In this document: positions 33,444 through 42,064 of the stretch, one piece after another
How positions within the stretch are numbered: the first letter of the stretch is position 1
How the letters are laid out: each line of letters begins with the position of its first letter
Source of the DNA: Bacillota bacterium
Lineage (GTDB): Bacteria > Bacillota > Sulfobacillia > RBS10-35 > JAJYVN01
Direction: 5' to 3'
Length of the DNA: 64,000 nt
NCBI GenBank assembly: GCA_021806565.1
Contig: JAJZXK010000004.1
Location: forward strand, 11,445-75,444
Position numbers and translations under genes: made by a program
Notes under the pieces: generated by a model
The model's database searches: none
What the model saw: only the letters and a program-made list of their open reading frames with translations
What the model was told of the DNA's origin: nothing

Positions 33444-33510
33444 CCCAGCCCCCTCCCCTGCGGTGAGACGCCCCACGGCCCCGGCTGGTTCCACCGCCCA
33501 TCCGACAGAC

Positions 33511-33548
33511 GAAAACGGGGGACGGCGGGCCACCCCGCACCGTCCCCC
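33511..33548 (-). terminator. intrinsic terminator after the MsmX-like gene
   Basis: Minus strand reads GGGGGACGG-N14-CCGTCCCCC followed by GTTTTCG (stem arms 33517-33525 and 33540-33548). Confidence 0.6.
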
Positions 33549-33575
33549 GACAGCCGACCACGTCCACGATTGGGT

Positions 33576-34679
33576 TTAGAAGTAGGCCTCCTCGGTCTCC
33601 CCGTCGAAGACATGCAGCTTGTTCGGCGCCAGCGTCACCGTGATGTTGTCACCCGGGCGCACGCGCAGATCCGGCGGCACGCGCGCGACGATCGGGTCGA
33701 TGTCGGTCGCCAGGAGCACATGCTGCTCCGCCCCGAGCGGCTCGACCAATTCGACCTGCGTCCGGTACTGCATCTCCGGGAACTGCTGCTCGTACTCGCT
33801 GCCGACGTGGATGTCCTCCGGGCGCATCCCCAAAAAGAGCTCGCGTCCGACGGCATTGCGGCACTCGTTGTTGAAGGCCTCCGGCATATGGAACCGGAAA
33901 CCGGTGCCGACGAAGTGGAAGCCGCCTCCGGAGTCCTCCAACTGCCCCTGCATGAAGTTCATCGGCGGCGATCCGATGAAGCCGGCGACGAACTTGTTGC
34001 GCGGGTGGTCATAGAGCTCCTGCGGCGACGCAGCCTGCATGATCACGCCGTTATTCATGACGACGATCCGGTGCCCCATCGTCATGGCCTCCACCTGGTC
34101 GTGCGTCACGTAGATGAAGGTGGTGGCGACGCGCTGGTGGAGCTTGCTAATTTCGGTGCGCATCTGGACGCGCAACTTGGCGTCGAGGTTGGAAAGCGGC
34201 TCGTCCATGAGGAACACCGCGGGGTTGCGGACGATGGCGCGCCCGAGGGCGACGCGCTGCTTCTGACCACCCGACAGCTCCTTGGTCTTGCGCTTGAGCA
34301 GGCCGCCGATCGACAGGATCTCAGCGGCCTCCTTGACGCGGCGGTCGATCTCGGCCCGCGGGAAGCGCCTCAAGCGGAGACCGAAGGCAAGGTTCTCATA
34401 CACGTTCATGTGCGGATACAGCGCGTAGTTCTGAAAGACCATCGCGATGTCGCGGTCCTTGGGCTCCACCTCGTTGACCAAGCGGTCGCCGATCCAGATC
34501 TCACCCGAAGTGATCTCCTCAAGACCCGCCACCATACGCAGCGTGGTGGTCTTGCCGCAACCGGACGGACCGACCAGGACGAGGAACTCTTTGTCCTCGA
34601 TGTCCAGGTTGATTTCCTTCACGGCCACGACATCACCGGGGTACTTCTTGACCAGATCCTTGATCTTGACCTGGGCCAT
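33576..34679 (-). CDS. carbohydrate ABC transporter ATPase (MsmX/UgpC/MalK type), stand-alone
   Basis: MAQVKIKDLVKKYPG...GPSGCGKTTTLRMVAGLE...LSGGQKQRVALGRAIV...FLMDEPLSNLDAKLR, plus a C-terminal TOBE-like regulatory domain. No cognate permease or binding-protein genes are adjacent. Confidence 0.9.
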   Translation of the reverse strand: MAQVKIKDLVKKYPGDVVAVKEINLDIEDKEFLVLVGPSGCGKTTTLRMVAGLEEITSGEIWIGDRLVNEVEPKDRDIAMVFQNYALYPHMNVYENLAFGLRLRRFPRAEIDRRVKEAAEILSIGGLLKRKTKELSGGQKQRVALGRAIVRNPAVFLMDEPLSNLDAKLRVQMRTEISKLHQRVATTFIYVTHDQVEAMTMGHRIVVMNNGVIMQAASPQELYDHPRNKFVAGFIGSPPMNFMQGQLEDSGGGFHFVGTGFRFHMPEAFNNECRNAVGRELFLGMRPEDIHVGSEYEQQFPEMQYRTQVELVEPLGAEQHVLLATDIDPIVARVPPDLRVRPGDNITVTLAPNKLHVFDGETEEAYF

Positions 34680-34838
34680 TGGCTCTGTCCCCTTCCGTGT
34701 GCGCTACCCGGCTGTCCGGCGATCGGCCAGCCGTGCCCCGTGCGCCGCAGCTCGACGGTTCGTGGTGGTACGTGCTTACGCCACCGCCCCGGGGATTCCT
34801 GCCGAGCCGCCCGAGCCTCCAGCAAAACGCAGCCGCGG

Positions 34839-35912
34839 CTAGCCGGCCTTCGTCCCCACCGGGCCACCCGGCGCTCCCGCCGGCGCCGCGCCGGCCGAGT
34901 CGGGCTCCTCCTCGAAGTAGCGGACGCGTTCCTTCTTGAACTCCTTGCTGCTCCAGAGTGCCTGCCGCTGTGTGATCCCGGTCCGCTGCGCGATTGCGTC
35001 GAGCGTGCGCACGCACTCTTCGCGGGTGCGCCCGTGCACCATCGTATAGACATTGTATGGAAAGTCTGGATAGACCGGGCGCAGGTAACAGTGGCTGACG
35101 GCGGCGAACGACGCCATCTGGGCGCCGACCTCGTCGACGCGCTCGGAGGGCACCTGCCACACACCCATGGCGTTGCTGACAAAGCCCGCGTTCTGGTGGC
35201 GCAACACCGCTGAAAAGCGGCGCATCTTGCCGCCTGCGGTCATCCCGGTACACCAGGCGAACACCTCGGCCAGCGGCACACCGAGTTCGGCCGCATAACC
35301 GTCGAACGGGCGCGGCACGTGGGGCAGGTCGCGCTGCAGCACGCGGATGAAGGCGATGTCGCGCGGATCCAGCGGGGTGCGCTGCCCACGCCGCGCGTCC
35401 TCGGCACCGTAGATGCGTTGCGCTTCCTGCGTCTCCGGTGAGCGCTCCCCCGCAACGTCCAGGCGTACCCCGATCTTGAACAGGCGCAGCGTCGGCAGTA
35501 CCCGCGTCTGCAGGGCGCCCGTGCGCTCGCCCAGGCGCTGCGCTGCCGCGGCGACGTCCTGGCCCGGAGGCACGGCCAGCGTGAACCATAAATTGTAAGT
35601 GTGCTGGCGGGCGTAGTTGTGGCTCACCCCGGGGTGGTCCGAAATCTGCCGCGCCGCCTCTTCCAGGCGTTCCGGCGCGAACTGCATCGCGACCAGCGTC
35701 GATTGGTAACCGAGGGCGCGGGTGTCGAAGATGGCGCTGATCTGCCGGATCACCCGCGCCTGGCGCAGGCCGTCGATGCGGCCCAGCGTTTCGGCTTCAC
35801 TCAGCCCGAGTGCGGCGCCCAGCGCCCGGTACGGTTCCGCCTCCAGGGGGAAGTCCTCCTGAATGCGGTTGAGCAGCCGGCGATCCACCTCGTCCATCTC
35901 GTGCAACGCCAC
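34839..35912 (-). CDS. fused AhbA/AhbB (NirD/L/G/H-like) siroheme decarboxylase-type protein
   Basis: GGGAGGG SD precedes GTG 35912. There are two tandem AsnC-like halves: DEVDRRLLNRIQEDFPLEAEPY...HPGVSHNYAR and DPRDIAFIRVLQRDLPHVPRPF...FAAVSHCYLR. Confidence 0.7.
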   Translation of the reverse strand: MALHEMDEVDRRLLNRIQEDFPLEAEPYRALGAALGLSEAETLGRIDGLRQARVIRQISAIFDTRALGYQSTLVAMQFAPERLEEAARQISDHPGVSHNYARQHTYNLWFTLAVPPGQDVAAAAQRLGERTGALQTRVLPTLRLFKIGVRLDVAGERSPETQEAQRIYGAEDARRGQRTPLDPRDIAFIRVLQRDLPHVPRPFDGYAAELGVPLAEVFAWCTGMTAGGKMRRFSAVLRHQNAGFVSNAMGVWQVPSERVDEVGAQMASFAAVSHCYLRPVYPDFPYNVYTMVHGRTREECVRTLDAIAQRTGITQRQALWSSKEFKKERVRYFEEEPDSAGAAPAGAPGGPVGTKAG

Positions 35913-35931
35913 ATGGAGCCCTCCCTGGGGA

Positions 35932-36417
35932 TCAGCCTTCCCGCCCGGCCTCCGGTACCGGTCCGTGCCGGCGGTGGGCGATGCGCGCCGCGGCCGCCGC
36001 CGCGATGGCCGCGATCAGGTCGTCCAAGAAGGTGTTGGAACGGCCGGGCGCGTGCCCGGCCCGGTCGACGACGCCCACCACGCCCGGCTTGACCTTATCC
36101 AGATAGCCGAAGTTTGTGAAGCCGATGCTGCCGTAAATATTAACCACGGCCAGCGCAAGCACCTCGTCGATGCCAAACAGCGGGTCATCGTGCAGCACCG
36201 CGCCCTGCAGCGGCTCCGGCAGGCCATCGCGCTCGGCCAACTCGTCCAGGGCAATGCCGGTGAGCAGGGCGTTGCACACCTCACGCTTGGCCAGCACCGC
36301 CTCAACGCTTTCGGTGCACTCGGCCAGCGTCAGGCCGGGGATGTAAGGCAGTTGCAGCCGCCGCACCAGGGTGGCGAGGTCGCGCATCCGGACACCACGC
36401 GCCTCCAGCCGCCGCAC
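35932..36417 (-). CDS. YutG/PgpA-family (phosphatidylglycerophosphatase A-like) protein
   Basis: LTLAECTESVEAVLAKREVCNALLTGIALDELAE...FGIDEVLALAVVNIYGSIGFTNFGYLDKVKPG...NTFLDDLIAAIAAAAAARIAHR is collinear with Bacillus YutG as I remember it. The start is unresolved. The homologous region begins upstream of GTG 36417, but the only upstream in-frame start is GTG 36555, which lies inside sufU. Confidence 0.65.
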   Translation of the reverse strand: MRRLEARGVRMRDLATLVRRLQLPYIPGLTLAECTESVEAVLAKREVCNALLTGIALDELAERDGLPEPLQGAVLHDDPLFGIDEVLALAVVNIYGSIGFTNFGYLDKVKPGVVGVVDRAGHAPGRSNTFLDDLIAAIAAAAAARIAHRRHGPVPEAGREG

Positions 36418-36491
36418 GCATAGGGCCAGCGCCGCCTCGCCCTCTGGCGTGTGGACCCGGATCTCCGCCGTGCGCCCCGCCCCCTCCAGCG

Positions 36492-36962
36492 TCAGTCCCC
36501 GTCCGCGCCGGCGCCCAGAGTGCGGAGCACGGCATTCCAGGCCAGCGTGGCGCACTTGACCCGCACCGGGAACCGCGCGACCCCGGACAGGGCCACCAAG
36601 TCCCCCATCTCGTCCACCTCGGCCTCGGGGATGGTCTCCCCCATCAACATCGCCTTGAACCGCGCGCTCATGGCGATCGCCTCCCGCGGCGTGCGCCCGC
36701 GCAACGCCTCGGTCATCAGCGAGGCGGAAGCCATGCTGATGGAACAGCCGCGTCCCTCAAAGCGCAGGTCGGCGATGCGGCCCTCGTCCATGCGGGCGCT
36801 GACGCGGATCTCGTCACCGCAGGTGGGGTTTTGCAGTTCCACCGCCACCGCGCCGTCGCCGTCCACGCAGCCGCGGTTGCGCGGCCGCCGGTAGTGGTCG
36901 AGGATCACCTCGCGATACAGTTCCTCAAGTTGATCGTCGCCACCCGCGCGGATGTCAGGCAT
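36492..36962 (-). CDS. sufU: Fe-S assembly sulfur-transfer protein SufU
   Basis: ORF 36492..37061; ATG 36962 overlaps the sufS stop by 8 nt. LYREVILDHYRRPRN, NPTCGDEIRV, FEGRGCSISMASAS, VKCATLAW are the IscU/SufU cysteine motifs. Confidence 0.9.
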   Translation of the reverse strand: MPDIRAGGDDQLEELYREVILDHYRRPRNRGCVDGDGAVAVELQNPTCGDEIRVSARMDEGRIADLRFEGRGCSISMASASLMTEALRGRTPREAIAMSARFKAMLMGETIPEAEVDEMGDLVALSGVARFPVRVKCATLAWNAVLRTLGAGADGD

Positions 36963-38202
36963 GAAAGAACTCCCTCGCCCGCTCGATCGCGCCGCAAAGG
37001 GCGTCCACCTCGGCGGTCGTGTTGTAGAGGGCGAAACTGGCCCGGGCAGTGGCGACGACACCGAGCCGGCGCATCAGCGGCTGTGCGCAGTGATGGCCGG
37101 CGCGGATGGCGACCCCCTCCTGGTCGAGCACCTGGGCGAGATCGTGCGGATGCACGCCCTCGACGTTGAACGTCACGAGCGCCCCGCGAGGGGCCGGCGG
37201 GCCGTAGATCGTCACCCCCGGGATAGTGCCCAGGCGCTCCATGGCATAGGTGGTCAGGGCCGCCTCATGCGCCGCCAGCGCCTCCATACCCGCCGCGCGC
37301 AGAAAGGCCACGGCCGCCGCGAGGCCCACCGCGCCCGGAACGTTCGGCGTCCCCGCCTCAAACTTGTAGGGGATGGCGTTCCACGTGGCCTCCTCCAGTT
37401 CGACGCGCAGGATCATCTCTCCGCCGCCCAGGAAGGGATCCATCTCCTCCAGCCGCCGCGGCTGGCCCCACAGCACGCCGATCCCCATCGGACCGTACAT
37501 CTTGTGGCCGGAAAACGCCAGGAAGTCGCAGCCCAGCGCCTCGACGTCCACCGGGAGGTGCGGCACGCTCTGGGCGGCGTCGACCACCGTCAACGCCCCC
37601 ACCGCCCGCGCCCGGCGGCAGAGTTCCGCCACGGGGGTGATGGTGCCCAACACGTTGGAGCAATGGGTGAAGGCGACGACGCGCGTCCGCGGTCCGAGCA
37701 CCGCATCCAGGGCGTCCGGGTCGAGCGCCCCCCGCTCGTCCAGGGCCATGAAGCGCAACCGGGCGCCGGTCTCGCGCGCCACCATCTGCCAGGGCACGAG
37801 GTTGCTGTGGTGCTCCATGGGCGTCAGCACGATCTCGTCTCCCGCGCGCAACCGGCGCCGGCCCCATGCCCAGGCAACCAGGTTGAGCGCCTCGGTGGCG
37901 TTGCGCAGAAAGACGATCCCGCGTGGATCGCGGGCCCCGATGAAGGCCGCGACCTGCGCCCGCGCGCCCTCGTAGGCCGCCGTCGCCTCCTCGCCCAGGG
38001 CGTGAATGGCCCGATGCACGTTGGCGTTGTACCGCAGGTACACACCCTGCTCGGCCTCCAGCACCTCCACGGGCTTCTGAGTCGTGGCGGCATTGTCCAG
38101 GTACACCAGCGGCCGGCCGTGCACCCGGCGCTCCAGGATCGGAAAGCGCGCGCGCAAGCTGGAGACGTCCAGCGCCTCACCATGCGCCGTGCTGCCGGCC
38201 AA
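36955..38202 (-). CDS. sufS: cysteine desulfurase, SufS type
   Basis: ORF 36955..38808. GGAAGGAG SD lies 8 nt before TTG 38202. FPILERRVHGRPLVYLDNAATTQKP, FSGHKMYGPMGIGVL (PLP Lys), RAGHHCAQPL (catalytic Cys loop). Confidence 0.9.
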   Translation of the reverse strand: MAGSTAHGEALDVSSLRARFPILERRVHGRPLVYLDNAATTQKPVEVLEAEQGVYLRYNANVHRAIHALGEEATAAYEGARAQVAAFIGARDPRGIVFLRNATEALNLVAWAWGRRRLRAGDEIVLTPMEHHSNLVPWQMVARETGARLRFMALDERGALDPDALDAVLGPRTRVVAFTHCSNVLGTITPVAELCRRARAVGALTVVDAAQSVPHLPVDVEALGCDFLAFSGHKMYGPMGIGVLWGQPRRLEEMDPFLGGGEMILRVELEEATWNAIPYKFEAGTPNVPGAVGLAAAVAFLRAAGMEALAAHEAALTTYAMERLGTIPGVTIYGPPAPRGALVTFNVEGVHPHDLAQVLDQEGVAIRAGHHCAQPLMRRLGVVATARASFALYNTTAEVDALCGAIERAREFFHA

Positions 38203-38264
38203 CGTGATCGCTCCTTCCAAACCAAACCCCCGGCCAAGCCCCCTCGCCGGGGCGGGGTGGGTCG

Positions 38265-39458
38265 TCAGATGCCGCGGTCGATCTTGGCGTCCACCAACGC
38301 CGCGAGTTCCTGGCGCACCGCCTCCAGGGGCACACGCTCCAGCAGGGGCGCGAAAAAGCCGTGCACGATCAGCCGCTCGGCTTCCCGCACCGGCAGGCCA
38401 CGCGACTGCATGTAAAACAGTTGCTCCGGGTCCAGCTTGCCGGTGGTCGCCGCATGCCCCGCCTGCAGGTCGTTTTCGTCGATATACAGCGCCGGGATCA
38501 CGTCGCTGCGCACCCCGTGGCCCAAGTGCAGCGTGTTCTCCTTCTGTTGAGAATCGCTGCCCTTGGCGCCGCGGCGGATGTCCGACGTGCCGCGGTAGAC
38601 GGCCCGCGCGGTGCCGGCCAGGACACCCTTGGCCAAGAGCAGCCCGTTGGTGTGCGGCCCATGGTGGCGCAGCGTGGCCGCAAGATCCAGATGTTGGCGG
38701 CCGCCAGCGAAGAAGGCCAAGAGCGCCAGCGCCTCGGACCCAGCGCCCTCCAGGACGCTGGTGGTACTGGACCGGACGGTGCCGCCGCCGATCTCCCCCA
38801 GCAGCCACTGCACGTGCGCGTCCCGACCAAGCATCGCCTGACGCGTCGCATAGACCGCGGCACCCTCACCCCACTGCTGCAATTCGATGAAGCGCAGGTG
38901 GGCCCCGTCCCCCAACTCCGCCTCCACCACCGCCGTCACCAGGGCGGGCGGTGCGTCGGCGTCCGGTCCGCCCGCGCAACGCTGCAGTACCGTCACCTCG
39001 GCGCCCCGTTCCAACACCACCACCGTGCGGGGGTGGAACTGACCGCCCTCCAGCCGGTACACCACCTCGACCGGTTCGGCCACGACCACACCGGCCGGCA
39101 CATGGATCAGACAACCGTGATGGGCGGCAAGGTTCCGCGCCTCGTGCCGGCCGGCGCCGGCCGGCACCAGCCGACCCAGATGGCGCTCCACCCGCCCCGG
39201 GTCGAGGCGGGAGAGTTCGGCGAGTCCGGCCGCCGACACCCCCTGGGCCCGCGCCGCCTCCGGCAGCCGCACGTCAACCGTGCCGCCGCCGCCAAGGGCG
39301 AACCCCGCCGGCTCCAGGCGGGAGGCGTCGGTGCGGTCCCAGTGCGGTGCGTCCAGGGTGGCCTCGACCGCGGCCGCCGTGCGCCTGGAGGTCAAGAGCC
39401 AGTCGGGCTCGTCAAGACGGGCGATGTAGGACTCAAGTTCCGCCGTCGTGCTGACCAC
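38265..39458 (-). CDS. sufD: SufB/SufD-family Fe-S scaffold component (size fits SufD)
   Basis: 397 aa. C-terminal YRGTSDIRRGAKGSDSQQKENTLHLGHGVRSDVIPALYIDENDLQAGHAATTGKLDPEQLFYMQSRGL is the SufBD beta-helix signature. Confidence 0.85.
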   Translation of the reverse strand: MVSTTAELESYIARLDEPDWLLTSRRTAAAVEATLDAPHWDRTDASRLEPAGFALGGGGTVDVRLPEAARAQGVSAAGLAELSRLDPGRVERHLGRLVPAGAGRHEARNLAAHHGCLIHVPAGVVVAEPVEVVYRLEGGQFHPRTVVVLERGAEVTVLQRCAGGPDADAPPALVTAVVEAELGDGAHLRFIELQQWGEGAAVYATRQAMLGRDAHVQWLLGEIGGGTVRSSTTSVLEGAGSEALALLAFFAGGRQHLDLAATLRHHGPHTNGLLLAKGVLAGTARAVYRGTSDIRRGAKGSDSQQKENTLHLGHGVRSDVIPALYIDENDLQAGHAATTGKLDPEQLFYMQSRGLPVREAERLIVHGFFAPLLERVPLEAVRQELAALVDAKIDRGI

Positions 39459-39461
39459 GGC

Positions 39462-40232
39462 CTACTGCCCCCCGCCCGGCGCGGCTGCGACCGCTTCGCG
39501 GACCCAGTCATAACCGTCGCGCTCGATGCGGTCCACCAGTTCGCGGCCGCCGGAGCGCACGATGCGGCCGGAGACCATCACGTGGACGAAGTCCGGCTGG
39601 ATGTAGCGCAGGATGCGCTCGTAATGCGTGATGACCAGCACGCCCAGGCCCGGTCCGCGCAACGAGTTGACACCGTTGCTCACGATCTTGATGCTGTCGA
39701 CGTCCAAACCGGAGTCCGTCTCGTCCAGGATGGCGATGTTCGGTTCCAGCATGGCCATCTGGAGGATCTCGTTGCGCTTGCGCTCACCACCCGAGAAACC
39801 CTCGTTGACGTACCGGCGTGCCACGCCCTCGTCCCACTCGAGCAGGGCGATCTTCTCCAGCAGCTTCTTGCGGAACTGCACGAACGGCAACTCCCGCCCG
39901 CGGGCCTTGAGCGCGGAGTGGATGAAGTTGGCCACCGTCACCCCGGGAACCTCGGTGGGATACTGGAAAGCGAGGAACAACCCCGCCCTGGCCCGTTCGT
40001 CGGCACTCATTTCCAGCACGCTCTTGCCGCCGAGGCGCACATCGCCGCCGGTCACGCTGTACCGCGGGTGCCCCGCCAGCGTGTTGGCCAGCGTGCTCTT
40101 GCCCGAGCCGTTCGGCCCCATCAGCGCGTGCACCTCACCCGGACCGATGCGCAGTGTCAGACCCCTCAGGATCTGTTGACCTTCCACTTCCGCCTCCAGG
40201 CGGTCGATCTCCAACGCGATGCCTTCCGCCAC
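39462..40232 (-). CDS. sufC: Fe-S cluster assembly ATPase SufC
   Basis: GPNGSGKSTLANTLAGHPRY, FLAFQYP, NEGFSGGERKRNEILQM, IAILDETDSGLDVDS. GTG start at 40232. Confidence 0.95.
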   Translation of the reverse strand: MAEGIALEIDRLEAEVEGQQILRGLTLRIGPGEVHALMGPNGSGKSTLANTLAGHPRYSVTGGDVRLGGKSVLEMSADERARAGLFLAFQYPTEVPGVTVANFIHSALKARGRELPFVQFRKKLLEKIALLEWDEGVARRYVNEGFSGGERKRNEILQMAMLEPNIAILDETDSGLDVDSIKIVSNGVNSLRGPGLGVLVITHYERILRYIQPDFVHVMVSGRIVRSGGRELVDRIERDGYDWVREAVAAAPGGGQ

Positions 40233-40277
40233 GCCCTACGCCCCCCGTTTGCCGCCGCGGCCCCGCAGGCCGCCGCC

Positions 40278-40307
40278 ATTATAGGCGCTGCCTTGGAAGG
40301 GTGTCAA
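40278..40307 (-). promoter_or_regulatory. near-consensus sigma-A/sigma-70 promoter of the suf operon
   Basis: Minus strand reads TTGACA (40302-40307), an 18-nt spacer, then TATAAT (40278-40283). This is about 45 nt upstream of the sufC GTG. Confidence 0.6.
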
Positions 40308-40459
40308 AAGCTGAGCGGAACACTCGGATATGGCTGGGGGCATCGGAGGCCTTGCCGTGCAGGGGATTCCGCACGCAGGAAGCGACGCGCCCGGGAGGTG
40401 CGCCGGCCGCCGCGCCCGAAGTCGCTGGAGGAACCATCCCCGGAGGGAGAAATGGAGCC

Positions 40460-41806
40460 TTGAACCTGATCGTGGTCGTCTCGGACACCTTCCGCTACGA
40501 TTACTGTGGCTTCAACGGCAACCCCTGGATCCGGACACCGGACCTCGACCGTTTCGCCGCCGAGTCGGTCGCCTTTGACCACAACTACGTGTCCAGTTTC
40601 CCCACCATCCCCATGCGAACCGACTGGTTCACCGGGCGCTATAGCTTCCCGTCGCACGGCTGGCGGGCACTCGACCCTCAGGCACCGGTGCTGGCCCCGA
40701 TCCTGACCCGCGGCGGCTACCTGACCCAACTCATCATCGACAACCCGCACATGATGCGCGGCACGGCGAACTTCGACCGCGGCTTCGAAGGCCAGTGCTG
40801 GCTGCGCGGGCAGGAAGGCGACACCTACCTCACCCGTTTCAACCGCCTGCACGAAGCCATGCCGCCGGAAAAGACCCGGCGCCAGCCGATGCGCCACGGC
40901 CACACCCTGCCCGACATCCACCGCACGACCAACATCGACTGGGCATGGGAAGAGGACCGCTTCGCCGCGCGTACCCTGCGCACCGCCAGCCGCTGGCTGG
41001 AGGAGAACTACCGCGCCGAGCAATTTCTGCTGTGGGTCGACTGCTTTGACGTGCACGAGCCGTGGGACCCGCCCGAATACTGGGTCGAACGCTACGACCC
41101 CGGGTACCGGGGCGCGCCCATGCTGCACCCGAACTACGGCCCCGCCGACGCCTACACGCCGCAGGAACTGGCCAACCTGCGCGCCCACTACGCCGGCGAG
41201 GTCAGCATGATCTCGCGCTGGTTCGGCCGGCTACTGCAAAAGCTGGAGGACGTCGGCATCGCCGATCGGACGGCGGTCGTCTTCCTCTCGGACCACGGCA
41301 TGTTCCTGGGCGAGCACAACCGCACCGGAAAGAGCAATCTCGCGCCGGAGGACAGCCGGCGCTGGCCTCTGTATCAGGAGGTGGCGCACATCCCCATGTT
41401 CATGCGCCTGCCCGGGATCGCGCCGCGCCGCGTACCGGCGGTCGTGCAGCCGCCGGACCTGCTGCCGACCCTGTTGGAACTCGCCGGCCAGGCGGCCCCC
41501 GCCGGCATCCACGGCCGCTCGCTCCTGCCACTTCTGCGCGGCGAGACGGACCACCACCGGGAGGTGGCCGTCAGCGGTACCCACGGGCCCCGGCCGCTCT
41601 TGCGCGTCACCGACGGAAACCACACGTACTATCCCGACGGTGAACAGGGCGCACCGGAATTGTACGACCTGCGCTCCGACCCGGGCGAGTCGAAAAACAT
41701 CGTCGGCGCACAGGCGGAGACCACGGCGCGCCTGCAGGCCGCGTTGGCATCGTCCCTGGCCACCTGGGCGCCCGCCGCGGCGCCCAAGTCCAGCGGCGGG
41801 GCCTGA
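40460..41806 (+). CDS. sulfatase-fold hydrolase, Thr at the nucleophile position
   Basis: ORF 40154..41806. GGAGGGAG (40442-40449) precedes TTG 40460. Motifs: LIVVVSDTFRYDYCG, FPTIPMRTDWFTGRY (Thr codon 40604-40606), RGQEGDTY, FLSDHGMFLGEHNRTGK. Confidence 0.8.
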   Translation: MNLIVVVSDTFRYDYCGFNGNPWIRTPDLDRFAAESVAFDHNYVSSFPTIPMRTDWFTGRYSFPSHGWRALDPQAPVLAPILTRGGYLTQLIIDNPHMMRGTANFDRGFEGQCWLRGQEGDTYLTRFNRLHEAMPPEKTRRQPMRHGHTLPDIHRTTNIDWAWEEDRFAARTLRTASRWLEENYRAEQFLLWVDCFDVHEPWDPPEYWVERYDPGYRGAPMLHPNYGPADAYTPQELANLRAHYAGEVSMISRWFGRLLQKLEDVGIADRTAVVFLSDHGMFLGEHNRTGKSNLAPEDSRRWPLYQEVAHIPMFMRLPGIAPRRVPAVVQPPDLLPTLLELAGQAAPAGIHGRSLLPLLRGETDHHREVAVSGTHGPRPLLRVTDGNHTYYPDGEQGAPELYDLRSDPGESKNIVGAQAETTARLQAALASSLATWAPAAAPKSSGGA

Positions 41807-42064
41807 AGGCGACCGCCCGCACCCGGGGTGACGGGCCGCCGCGGCCATCACCCCGGGCGCCGACCCCGCCACCGCGATCCCGCCGCACCGTCCCAAGTCC
41901 AAGAGCGCTGGCCGCTGAGGATGACCAGGTCCGACAGGAAGCCGGCAGCCGGCGCCGAACCGGGCGGCGGCGAAGCGTCCGGCGGAAACCGCGCTCCATG
42001 GACCCGGGGTGTGGTGAACGGCGACGGCCGGGCCACCGGGCGCGGGAACGGGGATGGTCGGCGC

